Source: Azolla caroliniana (Eukaryota; Plantae; Polypodiophyta). Taken from it: 64,000 nt of DNA. The DNA is taken from assembly GCA_043228905.1 (NCBI GenBank), contig JBHGNT010000012.1, positions 13,268,001 through 13,332,000 on the forward strand. Reading direction: 5' to 3'. The translations under genes were made by a program, and so were the position numbers. Within the stretch, counting starts at the first letter, position 1; each line of letters opens with the position of its first letter. Below, one piece after another: positions 38,340 to 51,400 of this stretch. Under the pieces are notes generated by a model. The model saw only the letters and a list, made by a program, of their open reading frames with translations. It was not told the origin of the DNA and did not search any database.

Positions 38340-38856
38340 GAATGGCATACATATATTATTATATATGTACATACCATACCATACCATACCATATACCATA
38401 CATGATACCAGGCTCTGCTTTTTAAAGAGTAAGCGTACACTTCTCTCAATGTACACACAAAATACAAACACAACTGTGCACTGCACTGCACTGCACTGTA
38501 CTCTCTCTCTCTTTACTCCCACTCACACTGTTATGTATGTTAGTCTCAGTCTTTCTTTCTTCCCAGGGTTTTTTGTTTCGGTTTTGAATTTAATTTCTGC
38601 TTTCTCTTCTCTTTCTCTCTCCGATCTTCATCCTGGAAAAACCTCTGCACCTGTCTGCACTTGTGTTTATACACACACACACACACACACAACAAAGCTT
38701 CTTCCCCCACTCCCACATTTATATGTATATGGATGGCTGCGATTTCTGACTTGCATTGCAGAGTTGTGTAGCTCATGAAACTTCTAGTTAGCCATGGTTT
38801 GTCAACAATTCAGCTGAAAGGGATACTCTGCTAACAAATTGTACCGGCATCCAAAG
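38340..38856 (+). promoter_or_regulatory. Probable promoter and 5'-UTR exon of the callose synthase gene
   Basis: (ATACC)n, (CACTG)n, (CT)n and (CA)n tracts; candidate UTR intron AG|GTTAG at 38857 to TGCAG| at 39465, just before ATG 39490. Confidence 0.5.
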
Positions 38857-39489
38857 GTTAGCATTCTTGTTCATTTTATTTAACCAAATGGAAAGTTGCA
38901 TATAAACTCACTATTGCTACACATTTCTTAAGCGATCAATGTGTGTCTAGTAAGACTATTTATTATGTATAAAAGAAGAAGAAGAAGCGAAATACACTTC
39001 TTTTAGTGTCTCAAAAAAGGGACAAAACTTTGTATGGAACCCAACGACGTTTTTGCAGTTCCTTGCTCGTGATGGTTACAAGAAAGAAGCACATGACTTT
39101 GGTTTCTTCATGTTGTGACTAACAAACACAATAAACACATTTGTCCTTGTCGTATCAGCATTCTAGAATTTCTGTATCCATCTAAACAGATCAATGCTAT
39201 GAAGTTGCGCTTTTCAAAACAAATATGACATGCGCATTCACCGTACACATTGTATCAGTATTCTTAACCTCTTTCTCTGTAGCTGGAAAAATTCATGTTG
39301 TGAACTCTCAATTTATTTAACGAGTAGTATATGTGCATTCATGTTGTAATGGCATTCCTGTGTCTCCAACTACCTGAACATTGTGAAGTTGCAGTTTTAA
39401 AAAAACAAAATCTGTGTATTCATTCATGCTGTGTTAGCATCCTAGAATTTTTCGTGTTCTTGCAGGGTAGGGATAATTAATTCAACAAG

Positions 39490-42400
39490 ATGGATTCTTC
39501 AAGGAACCTCGAAAGTGGTCCATCAAGGCACCTATCTCGAACCTTTACAGTTGGGAACTTCCCGGATTTTATGGATCCTGAGGTTGTTCCATCTTCACTC
39601 GCACAGATTGCGCCCATCCTCCGAGTGGCAAATGAAATTGAAGAAAAAGCTCCTCGGGTGGCATACCTTTGTAAGCTTTTCCCATTCTTTTTTCTTAAAT
39701 ACTGTTGTAACCTCTGTCAAATGATTTTTTCTTTTGCATTCATTTATAAGCTCTACCTAACGTTTTATGATTGCATACCTTTGTAAAGCTTTACCCAATG
39801 TTTATTCGTGTATACCTTTGTAGTTCTACTTGTTGTTTATTCTTATATATTACATTTTGTTTCATCCTGAGTTGTATCACAGGCCGCTTTTATGCATTTG
39901 ATCGGGCGCATAGCGTAGATCCAGCTTCCAATTTTCGTGGAGTGAGGCAGTTTAAAACAGCACTGCTTCACAAACTAGAGAAGGTAAATTATGGGTATTG
40001 TCATCCATCATCTACACGAGGTTTTAATTAACCTGGTTTTAGACATTTTTTGGTAATTTGTTGTTTTCCATCTTACAGGATGATATACCCACCCTAAGAG
40101 AGAGGTCTGCAAAAAGTGATGCTAGAGAGATGCAAAATTATTACCAGGAATTTTATGATAGATACGTGAAATCATTAGAGAATGCTGGTGACAACATGGA
40201 TCGGTAAGCCAAAATGATGATAATGATCATGGAATTTAATCCCGAAAGAACTGATAGAAGGTTTAACAGTGATACAAATTAGATGATTGACTATAACATT
40301 TATTTGTCTTCATTTTGCACTCTTCGCCTTTGCATGCATGTTTTTGTTTGATTTTCCATACTACTTTTTCTTCTTATGTCATTTCATCTTTGATCATTCT
40401 TCTCTTTTTTGGGGATCGTCTTCTTTATTTTCTATGTTCTTGAGGTCAAGCTCTTGATGTGAACTTATGAAGGCATACCCATATATTTCTATATGACACA
40501 AGCCTGTTTATGCACTAGAACTTTATGGTTCAAAGCTATTGGCAGCATGGTAGTTTTGAGTGTGCTGATCAGGATATGTCCCTAAAGGCAGAGCTAGAGA
40601 ACTATGTTCGTAATTTTTAAGAAGGCTTCAGTTGCTTATCAAAACTACATTGTCCATATCAAGTTTTTTATAATGTTGATACAGGCCACGACTGGCGAAA
40701 GCATACCAGACCGCTGCAGTTCTGTTTGATGTCTTGAAGGCAGTGAATCAGCAAGGTGACAACAATGAGCCAGTGGATCCTGATGTGAGTTTTCAATTGC
40801 CAATTTGTTTTTTTCCATATTATCCTAAACGTTTTTTCTTCCGGGCTGACGTGAAATGATTGCTCAGGTCGAGCATAAAGCAGAACTGGTAAAATCTAGA
40901 AAAGAAATCGTAGGTGCATACAATATATTGCCTCTTGATCCTGAGGCTATAAAACAACCAATAAGGATGCTACCAGAGGTAACCTTTGTAAATATTATGG
41001 ATACATGATATTCCAATTAATTTGGTCATACTTAATTTATCCGGCAATTTGCTAACACTTTAAATAAGTTGAAGTGGACTTTGAGGACACGTGCGACATT
41101 ACATTACACAATTCTTGGTGGGTAACATTGATTTGGACAGAACTGATTCACACCTTTGAAGTTGTATGGACAGAGACATCTATAGGTTCATGTAAAAGAA
41201 GGCATTATTGCCATATGTTTAAAACAAATGTAATTTCTTAAAAGGAAGTTAAGAGCAGTGGTCAACATGGTTATTCTTGTGATTAAACAAAAATAGAGGT
41301 GAATCCATCTTTTGCCTGAGGTGCTTGTCTGCTAACGATATTGGCAAATTGGGATAATTAGCATTGAGTGATTTTTTCCAATCATATATTAGTGGTGTTT
41401 TCATATTCTTGTGATTAAACAAGAATAGAGGTGAATCCATACTTTGCCCCAGGTGCTTGTCTGCTAGCTATATTGGCAAATTGGGATAATTAGCATTTTC
41501 AACTTGCATTTTCTCCAATAATGAAGTATTATGTATCATGTTGGGATGGCCACTACAAAATGTAGCAGGTCAATGCATATGGTTCTCTTGGGAGTAACTT
41601 GATTTCTAAGCACATGTATTTGCCTTCCTGACATCTGTCTCATATTTGAAGGAAAACACCTCTTCAGTCCCACTCATCCAGAAAATTGTGAACCTGACTC
41701 CCATATGTAACATTGTATTCTTGGAAATTTCCACCTACATACTCACTCTGTTACCTCATCCAATAACTTACCTCACTCTATTGCCTGATCGATGATGTTG
41801 TATTGATCTTTATTTCTACATATTGTATATAACTTTGAACTTACTAGCATATTTTTGAGGTGTTTTTGAACTGACCTCACTCTATTGCCTGATCGATGGT
41901 TAACCCTTTCAAGTATCTTGAGGTTGACCCCATTTCTGTAGTCGTTGATTAACTTGTAGCATGATTAGTGATGGAGCTAAAGAAAATCATTGTTGTTAAT
42001 GCCAGTCTTGAGTACCTCTTCTTCGTGAGCTACCAAATCCATTAGTTACTGGTCTCTAATCAGAATAATGCCTCGGTAACTTTGGGCTGCTCTCATCTCC
42101 ATCCGATTATATCATAGGGTGCAGCTTCCTTGCTCCTTATCATGTGGGCAATTATTATGACTAAAGGTGAAATCTTGACTTCACAAACTTGGTTTTTGCA
42201 TTCTCACACACAAATTGTGTGTGAAAATAGCGTATTACGCTGGAAGATTGCATATCCATCATTGTATTTGCAAGGCTATGATAAAAGATATTTATGAAAT
42301 AGTCTACACTGCATCTTAAGTGATTAACGATATTTACAATATCACTGAAATGGCTATTTTGGATTTTGATCGTGAAACCATTAACATTACTTTGAAGGAA

Positions 42401-45400
42401 ACCATTTGGAAATTAGAGGCTGTATTTTTTATAGATGTAAAGTGGTAATTACTTTCTGAACTATTTGGTATCCCATGGGAAAACTGTAGGATATGAAATT
42501 GAAATTCTGAACAACTTGCCTCCAGGTTGATGCAGCAGTAAAAGCACTTAAAAACATCCGCGGACTTTATTCTAGAGATCAGAAAGTCTCAAATGCAGAT
42601 ATACTTGATTGGCTACAACTTAATTTTGGGTTTCAGGTATTCTTGCAATGATGCATTAGTCATTCGAACAATTTTCCTTTGATTTGAGAATGAGGGTCAC
42701 TTAATTTTTAATTGTATTTGGGGCTCCAGAAAGATAATGTGGCAAATCAGAGGGAGAACTTGATTTTACTTCTTGCCAATGTGCATATTAGACAGATACT
42801 AAAGCCAGACCCTCAGAATAAGGTGATTTACTTGATTAGTTGAAAATGCTGTAAGGACATTAAATAGACTACAAAGGGAAAGCAAATATTCTGTCTCATG
42901 CTTCATATGATGGTTTCTCCTCAGCTCAGTATTGAAGCATTGAAAAGCGTTATGAAGAGATTATTTAAGAATTATAAAAGCTGGTGCAAGTTTCTGCATC
43001 GACCAAATTATATAGTGTAAGTCTTTATAGTTCCTCTCCTCTAAATGCTGCAAATTTTTTCAAAGTATTTTTTAAACATGAGTATTTATTGTCCCTAAAA
43101 GAAAGAAAGAAAGATATATTAATGTCTTTTTAGAGCACAAAATGGCCTGTAAGACCAAACAAGAGATTACATATTAAGTGTTGCCTCGCCTTAAGTAAAT
43201 AAGATAAAAAGAGACTAAAGTATCTTGTTATCAACACATGTAAGATTCTCAGGTCAGGTATATTGTAATTTTTTTCTTCGAAAGATCTCTAGCATAGGTT
43301 GACCCAAAATGGAGAGGTCTTCAAAGCAAGGGAAGCACCTGAAATGGTGGAGATAATGGCCTTTATATGTCGATGACAAGGGTGGTGAGATCGTGGTCCA
43401 TGGGGCTGGGGCCTACGTGCGCGACAATTTGCTATTGGCTGATCTATTGTAACCCCTTTGCAATGTCCTGGTCTGGCCCTTTTGTTATATCCTGGTCTGG
43501 AGCCCATTTTTGTAGCACTTGATTGACTTGTAGAATCAGGAGTGATGAGCTAAAGAAAGTTGTGATTGTTCTGTGTCTATGAGCTTGTGTAGCTGTCCCA
43601 TCGTCCAACAAATTTTCCCTGTGTCTTTGAGATCCAGCAAGAAAAGTCCTAGGCAATTGTATATTAGAGGTCATGGCTTGAGCCAGGTGCAATAACAGTG
43701 TTTCATTTTCATCGATATTATCACTAGCATCCATTTTGAGAAATTAATATATCTATGTAGGAAATTATTGACCAATAGTTTTATGCCTTGCATATATTAT
43801 TGGAAAGTTCCATGAATATATTGTTAATGTTTGTTATGATGGCATACTATTTTACCTAGAACTCCTGCATTCTAACTTCTTTGAAAGGCTTGTGTAGAGC
43901 AAAGTTTGTTGTCTTGTTTAATAAATTAATGGTGCTTTAAAACTAAAAGATATTACGATGCGGTAATGAATGGTTTTTATCATTCAAATTTTCTTATGGA
44001 TACCTGTGTCTTTTATGTATTCTCTTTATTTTCCTCTTCCAGCCAGATGAAGTACCTTCACATTGTGATTATCATTATCTCTATGTCTAGAATTTCCAAA
44101 CTCTAGGTGAGAGTAGAGTCTCTTGGAGTGGATCCTCAAGAGATTCCACTCTCCTGATGGAGGTAGAATTCTTACATATTTCTCCTTTTGTTGAATTCCC
44201 TTTTTGAAGACTCTGTAGGATGGCGATATTCCTACATTGTGAAGGAGAGTTCTCATGCCTCCAAACTAACTTGCAAGTTCATACTTGTTACAAGCCTTCA
44301 GCATGAACCAATATGTGCTTTGAAGAGTGAAGAGGATGCGTCCACTGGTTCTTCTAGGGAAGTGATCACAGTTTCCTCCCTCTCTTTTGATTTCGACCTT
44401 GGTATCATTACCTGGAGATAAACAACCCACATTCTTATAGTGATTTATATACATGGTATTTCTCAACAGAGGTTTTTGGCAATGAGTGTCGTGCATATTA
44501 CTCTTTGTACTTCCCTAAGAATTAGACCACATGGTAATTCTGAACTACACAGTTGTGGTTAAAACAAAGTAGAATATCATTAGGAGGTGAGCTGGTAGCT
44601 GTAAAAACAATGTTTTGATAAAGTGTTTTTTCTCGTCTTTGGCCTCAAGGCAATTTTGGAGCATTCCTGTATGATAACATTATGCATGTACTTTTTAGAG
44701 GAGATCCTTGCAGTCATCTCACAATTTCCAAACAGAATTCTGGTTATATTTATGTGAACGTATTCTTAATATGAAGATACTACCAATTGAGAGTTGCATT
44801 TTCTATAGAGAATTTGGCAAGAAAGCAAGTGATAGATGGTAATCCCACTGATAATTTGGGATTTGCCATGCTTTGAGAAACGATAATATAGATTCTAGAA
44901 GGGTTGTCTTTGTGTGTGAGAAAACAGCTTTTTTAATTATCCTCTTCAATTTCACTTTGTAAAAGCATTTAATGCACAAGCATTCAAGATGATTGTTTAT
45001 CTTATGCTTTCTGTTATATAATTCTTATAATGCAATCATGTTTGTTTTCCATCTTATTAAAGCAACTGTATGAATTGCATTTTGTTTGAACTATGATTTT
45101 GTATATTCCTTGTCAATTTATACATTCTTTCTCGATGGAATAAAGATTCCAGCTTATTAATGCGAATTCAGTTTTTGGATAAGGTGGTTTATGATCTGCA
45201 ATGGACGATGCTTTGTATTTTTAAACATATGTGTGGCAATATGTTCTCTACTCATTCTTGATGCTTTTAGGATTTATATTTCAATACAACGTTTTAATTT
45301 CATCAATGGCACAGGCTGCCAACAATACAGCAAGCAATGGAGCAAAGGATGATATTATACATTGGCCTTTTTTTATTGATTTGGGGAGAAGCGGCAAATC

Positions 45401-48400
45401 TGAGGTTTATGCCTGAGAGTCTTTGCTACATTTTCCACCATGTAAGCTCAGACAACTGAAGTTAGATTCGGTATATTATATTTGAATGTTGTAATGAGTG
45501 TTGAGTTCTTATTTCAGATGGTGCGCGAACTTAATGGTATGTTAGATGGGAATGTAAGCTCTGTAACTGGAGAGAATGTAAAGCCAGCATATGGAGGGGA
45601 GCTGAATGCTTTCCTTGATAAAGTAATCAAGCCTATCTATGAAGTTATAGCTGAGGTAAGATGTCATTTTCTGCCTTAGATATTGTATTGACAATCTGGG
45701 AAGTGTATTTAAAACTTGATGGTTTTTGATTAATGTTTCTGGTTGATTTCTGCCTACCTATGTCAACTATTCTGGAAAGGTCTTACGTCTCATCGTCTTT
45801 TCTTTTTTTGATGCTTACTTTTGACAAAGAATAAAAGCATCTTATTTTTGCCAGCTTAGTGCCATTGCAATATGAATGCATTTAAACTAGTCAATTTAAT
45901 AGGATGAGAATATGAATATTCTTTTGGGATAAGTGTTTATGTATCCATGCTTGTGTATGTGTTTGTGATGTATCTCTATGTATCTTGAAGTTTTCAAGTG
46001 TTATGGGGCTCACAGGAAGGTAGTCAAAACAAAGATGGCAGAGCTCGCCACGCAGCGTGGAGAAATTATGATGACTTAAACGAATTCTTTTGGTGAATAT
46101 AACTAAGATATTGTTTTTCAGCATTGTTCACTTTCTACGTGCTCTAAACGTTTTGCAACTTAAATAAAAATAGGTCTGCTGATTGCTTCAGTCTAGGGTG
46201 GCCTATGGCCATTGAAAAGGAATTTTTTGGACCACCTAAGAAGCCTAGACAGGTTTGTAAATGATAGTTCTTGTATTAGGATTTTAAAGTTCTGAAGCAT
46301 ATTTTAAAATACTAATTTGAAGATATAGTATATTCTAAATTGTATTAGTGTATATACAGGGAAAATCTGTTTGGCAGGATAAAGGCTCATGGATTGGCAA
46401 GTGCAATTTTGTTGAAGATCGGTCATTCTGGCATATATTTAGAAGCTTTGACAGGATGTGGTCTTTCTTCATTTTGTCTCTTCAGGTAACCCAGAGGAAA
46501 GAAAGCATTGGTAAAATTATGCCCAGGAAATGGAAAGTTTGTCAACTTTTATGAATTTGACATTATGAAATGACTGTTTGCAGATAATGGTCATAGTTGC
46601 GTGGAATGGGTCAGGCTCATTGGGGGACATCTTCCATGGTCCCATTCTTAGTAAAGTCTTGAGTGTTTTTATTACAGCTGCTATCCTCAGGTTCATCCAA
46701 GGTACATAGATATATTGAAGCAACTATTCTCTTCTTTTTCTCATTTGTGGTAATGACACTCCTATACTTATTCTCATAAATGTTTTCAAACTATTAAAAC
46801 ATGTTTAGATTATCATAAACGTATTTTATTGTAGGCAACATAAATAAATATACTTTTTCTAATTTTGTGGACAGCAATTGTTGATATTTGGCTGAGTTTT
46901 CAGTCATGGAGAAATATGAATTTTATTGGGATATTCCGGTACATCTTGAAAGTAATTGTAGCCTTAGGATGGGTTATCATACTGCCTGTATGCTACACCC
47001 GAACATGGGGAGCTCCTATCGAGCTGTTGAGAACTTTTGAAAATTGGTTTGGAAGATCAGAAAGCCCAAAACTCTACATAGGAGCAATTATTTTATATCT
47101 GGCACCGGATGCACTTGGCGTATTGTTATTCTTTCTTCCATCACTAAGGCGGCATATTGAACAGGCTGATCATTTAGTTGTCAAAATGCTTCTTTGGTGG
47201 GCCCTGGTGAGACAATTTTATGCTTGAAGGAATTTGTTCTTTTCTGTGTTTTTGATCTCATTAGCATGCCTTAGAAATGTACATATGTGTCTGTGATAAA
47301 TTTTGCTAATTTCTTTTCTTCAAATATATTTATCAATTTTGAAAATATCCAGACACCAACATTCATTATGCAAACCATGATGTAACATCTAAAGAATCTA
47401 CAATGCTAAAATGGTTCTGGCAATTTATAAATGCAGCCACCACTCTACATTGGGCGGGGAATGCACGAGAACTCCGTTACCCTCTTCAAGTAAGATTTTA
47501 TAGTTAACCTATTTCAAGTCAGTTTATACCCTTGTCAATTGTCTTCCTCACTAAGTTTGTTCTTATAGGTATACTTTGTTCTGGGTTTTACTATTGCTTA
47601 GCAAGATTTTATTCAGCTATTATGTTGAGGTGATGGATTGATCCTACCTTCTTCCTATATCTCATCTCTTTCATTTGCTGTTGAACTTGGTGATTCATCT
47701 GCTGTTATGATTTTCAATGCGCTTTCATAAAAGTAGTTTGCTTATTTTAATTTTCCTTTATTTCCTGTTGGCTTGTTTATTTTGGATTGCAGGTATTGCC
47801 ACTGGTGGGACCTACAAAGAAAATTATCCAAGCTCCTCTTGAAGAGAAATATCAATGGCATGAACTATTTCCCAATGGTATGTTATTTCGCATGCTAATA
47901 TTATTCCAATGTGTAGTGCTGTACATTATAGTAGCTTCCTGAAGTCCAGTTAGCTCACTTCAGTGGTCTGTACTTTGCAGCAAAAAACTATTGGGGTGTA
48001 GTTCTTGCATTGTGGTCCCCGATCATCCTGGTAGGGAAAAAGCAATTCTACAGTCGATTATTCCAAAAATTACTTAGTTCCTGAAACATTTCTGTGATTT
48101 TTGATGGGAACAATGCAGGTGTATTTCATGGATGCCCAAATTTGGTATGCAGTCTGGTCAACTATTTTTGGTGGGATAACTGGAGCATTTTCACGTCTTG
48201 GTGAGGTTGGTGTACTTGTGAATATTTTATTAGTACAACCAACTGCTTCTATCATAACTTCTCCGTGCATAACCTAATTGGTTTGTCTGTTCATCCTTAG
48301 TTCATGCATTGAAGTCTCCTAATAGTACTATATCCCTTATTGTAGCAAATCTTATGATATCATGATAAAATGATAGATATGGTGATCGTCTGAGAGGTGC

Positions 48401-51400
48401 AAACCTTGAATAGGCAAATGGAAAATAGCAAATTGCAATGTAGAGTTCCCTAAGATCCCCTCGTCAATTTATATCCACATATAATGCACATTTACATCCT
48501 TGTGCACAACCTGCACTCTATCATGGATCTCGTTTTTGTACAACACACCCATTCCTCCAGAGCCTTTTGTGTTTCCTTGTATCTGTTATTGAGAATGAGC
48601 ACTCTATCCTTGTCTGTCGGGGAATTTTCTAGCAATATGCATTGATGGTCTATATAAATAACAATATCTATGTTCTTGAAGGTATCATTAAAATACCCTA
48701 TATTTATCCTGCATAAGGTCTCATAGGCCATACACTTTCATGCAGCTCTGTTCTATGAAATAATGACATTACCATTTCTATATATGTATAGTGCCTGATT
48801 CATGCCGACAAAACCATTGTCGGCATGAATCAGACACAGGGAAGGAAGGAAAATGGGTAGAATGTGCCTCCATCTCCATTTTCTTCCGAAACCATTGTCA
48901 TTCTTTAGTGCCCTTCTCTTGGATTGGGAAGCTTTCTTCTTTCCATATCCATGAAGCGGACAGTCAAGACTTTAGCTCTAGACTCATCTCTTCCCAGTCT
49001 CCATGTTGAAGCTAATGGAATATTTGACGCATCAATCTTTATTCTGAGATTCTTGGCATTTTCTTGTGGCATTCCCTTTTCACCCCAACCAACGACTTGT
49101 ACATGTAATGCGTGAGCGTTCCTTTTGGCGTCTTCTTCGAATGTAGCGTTCATCATTTCCATCTTATCAACCGATGTTCTGTTTTGCTTTTGCCTTACCT
49201 CTATCCAGGGAGTGTTTGCTTTAATTTCGTTTAGAGCATGCTCGGCTTGAGCTTTGGCATCTCTGGCCATCGTTGACTATGTTTGGTTTTCCTAATTTAC
49301 AATGGTTTAAACTGTGGGGATGAAGTTTTCCACTGGTTCCTGTCCTTTTTGTAAATAAACTTTAATAGCTAGTAGTTCGACCTTATTTGAGGATAGTTCA
49401 TCTTTCAGATACTATACCATGTCATTGTTGAACTCTGAGTTTGATTCCTTTACAAGACTTGTGATGTCTTTTTGTATGGCTTCTAATAACTCCATCTTGA
49501 GAGAGGCAAGCAACTCCATCTTGAAGAGAGAGAAGCTTGAGTTTAAAAACGGCCGGATTGTAATTTTTGTCACAGATTCGTAATCAAGAGATGCTGAGAT
49601 CTCGTTTTCGGTCCCTCCCTGCAGCTTTTGAACATAACCTTATCCCTTCATCAGAAGATAGGCCCCGTCGTAAAGGTTTTGCTTTGTTTGATAAACATAG
49701 CAACTTTGAAGAATCTCAACCAAATAAAGAAGTCTTTGCCAAGTTCTCCCAGCTTTGGAATGAAATTATTGAAAGCTTACGTGAGGAAGATTATCTAAGC
49801 AACCATGAGAAAGAGCTTCTTTTGATACCATACTCAACAGATTCTTCAGCGTACAATCAATGGCCAGCATTTTTGTTAGCAAACAAGGTAATACAGTCTG
49901 TAGTTTTCTAAAGAAATACTTTGACTTTATCTTATTTGTTGTTGAACAATACTGTATACCTCTGAGAATGAACACAGATAGCGCTGGCACTAGATACTGC
50001 GAAAGACTTCACAGATGCAAATGAAGATGATGAGTTGATAAAAAGATTTGGCACCGATGGCTTCATGATGTATGCCATAAAGGAATGCTATGATTTGTTC
50101 ATAGTAATATTACGTGCTATTGTGACTGGAGAACGAGAGAAACAGTAAGTCTGATGGTAAACTTCTTCATTTATTTGACTTTCTGCTCCAATTCCACCAC
50201 TTACTCTGGAAAATTCGTTTTGATTAACATTAAATATGTTAACATGCAGAGTTGTAGATTCTGTCATTGTGGAAGTGCAATCTGTTCTCAATGGAAAATT
50301 CCTCAAAACATTTAGTATGAGTGCAATGCCATTGCTTTACGAAAAGATTGTTGACTTAGTGGAAATATTGGTAATCATCGCCTTCTTCGTCTTCCATGTT
50401 CATGCAGTTCTAAATCTGACTTGATAGGTTTTGACATTTTATTAGAAAGATGCGGATTCTACCAAAAAAGAAAGGGTGACATATCTGCTTCAAGATATTT
50501 ATGAAGTTTACATAAGAGATGTAACAATGAAAAGTGATTTGTGAGTCTTTTTCTTTCCTAAAAAATCTAGGAGTTTGATGTATTTGGTGTTCATTGCCGT
50601 TATTGTTCTTTGTGTATATTATCAGGGAAATCATTATTATGATCTCTCTTGTGAATTAATTAGTTCTTGTGCATAATGTTCATATGCAATCTTGGTTGAG
50701 CTGTTCTCATAAATATATGTAACGAAAAAATTGCTGGCTGCAAACTAAATTAATCTCATCTTAAAGAACACCTTACAAGAGTTTTAGTGATCATGGTAAA
50801 GTCCACTGCAGGCCTTTTTATTAGTTTGATAACTTATTACAATTGGTCTATCCTACTGATTAGTTCAGGTCTGTTGAGGGGGGCCTGTAAAACCATGTTT
50901 TTATGCTGACAGATTCAATGTATTCTAGATGCACCTTGAACATTTTGCCTTGTGATTAGTCAGATGACCATCATAGAAAAATACTTTCTTCAGTACAGTT
51001 TACAGCATCACCTTCTGCATATGTGGAAACACCGATGTTCTCAGATATTTGGTTTTGAGGATCAGTTTAGTTTGCATTGGGATTTTCTGCATTGTATGGC
51101 ATGAGCGAACTCCTGCATTGAGGAGTCAGTCAAATGCGTCTCTACACTACAGGCTGTACCATAGCATCAGAGTGAAGAAAGGAGATTTTTGTTTGAGTCT
51201 GGGATCACTCTTGACTTTCCTTTCAATTGGTTCTTGGGTAGATTACCTGAGTCCTAACCAACATATTCTGACTGTAGCTGTTGTACATCTTCTTTTGTAC
51301 TATCCCAGAATTAAGCCAAACTGGAAATTATGGTGGATGTCTCTTTTACAGGTATTATGGAGCCCAATATAGTGTGTTGATGCACCACAAGCGGATGCAC

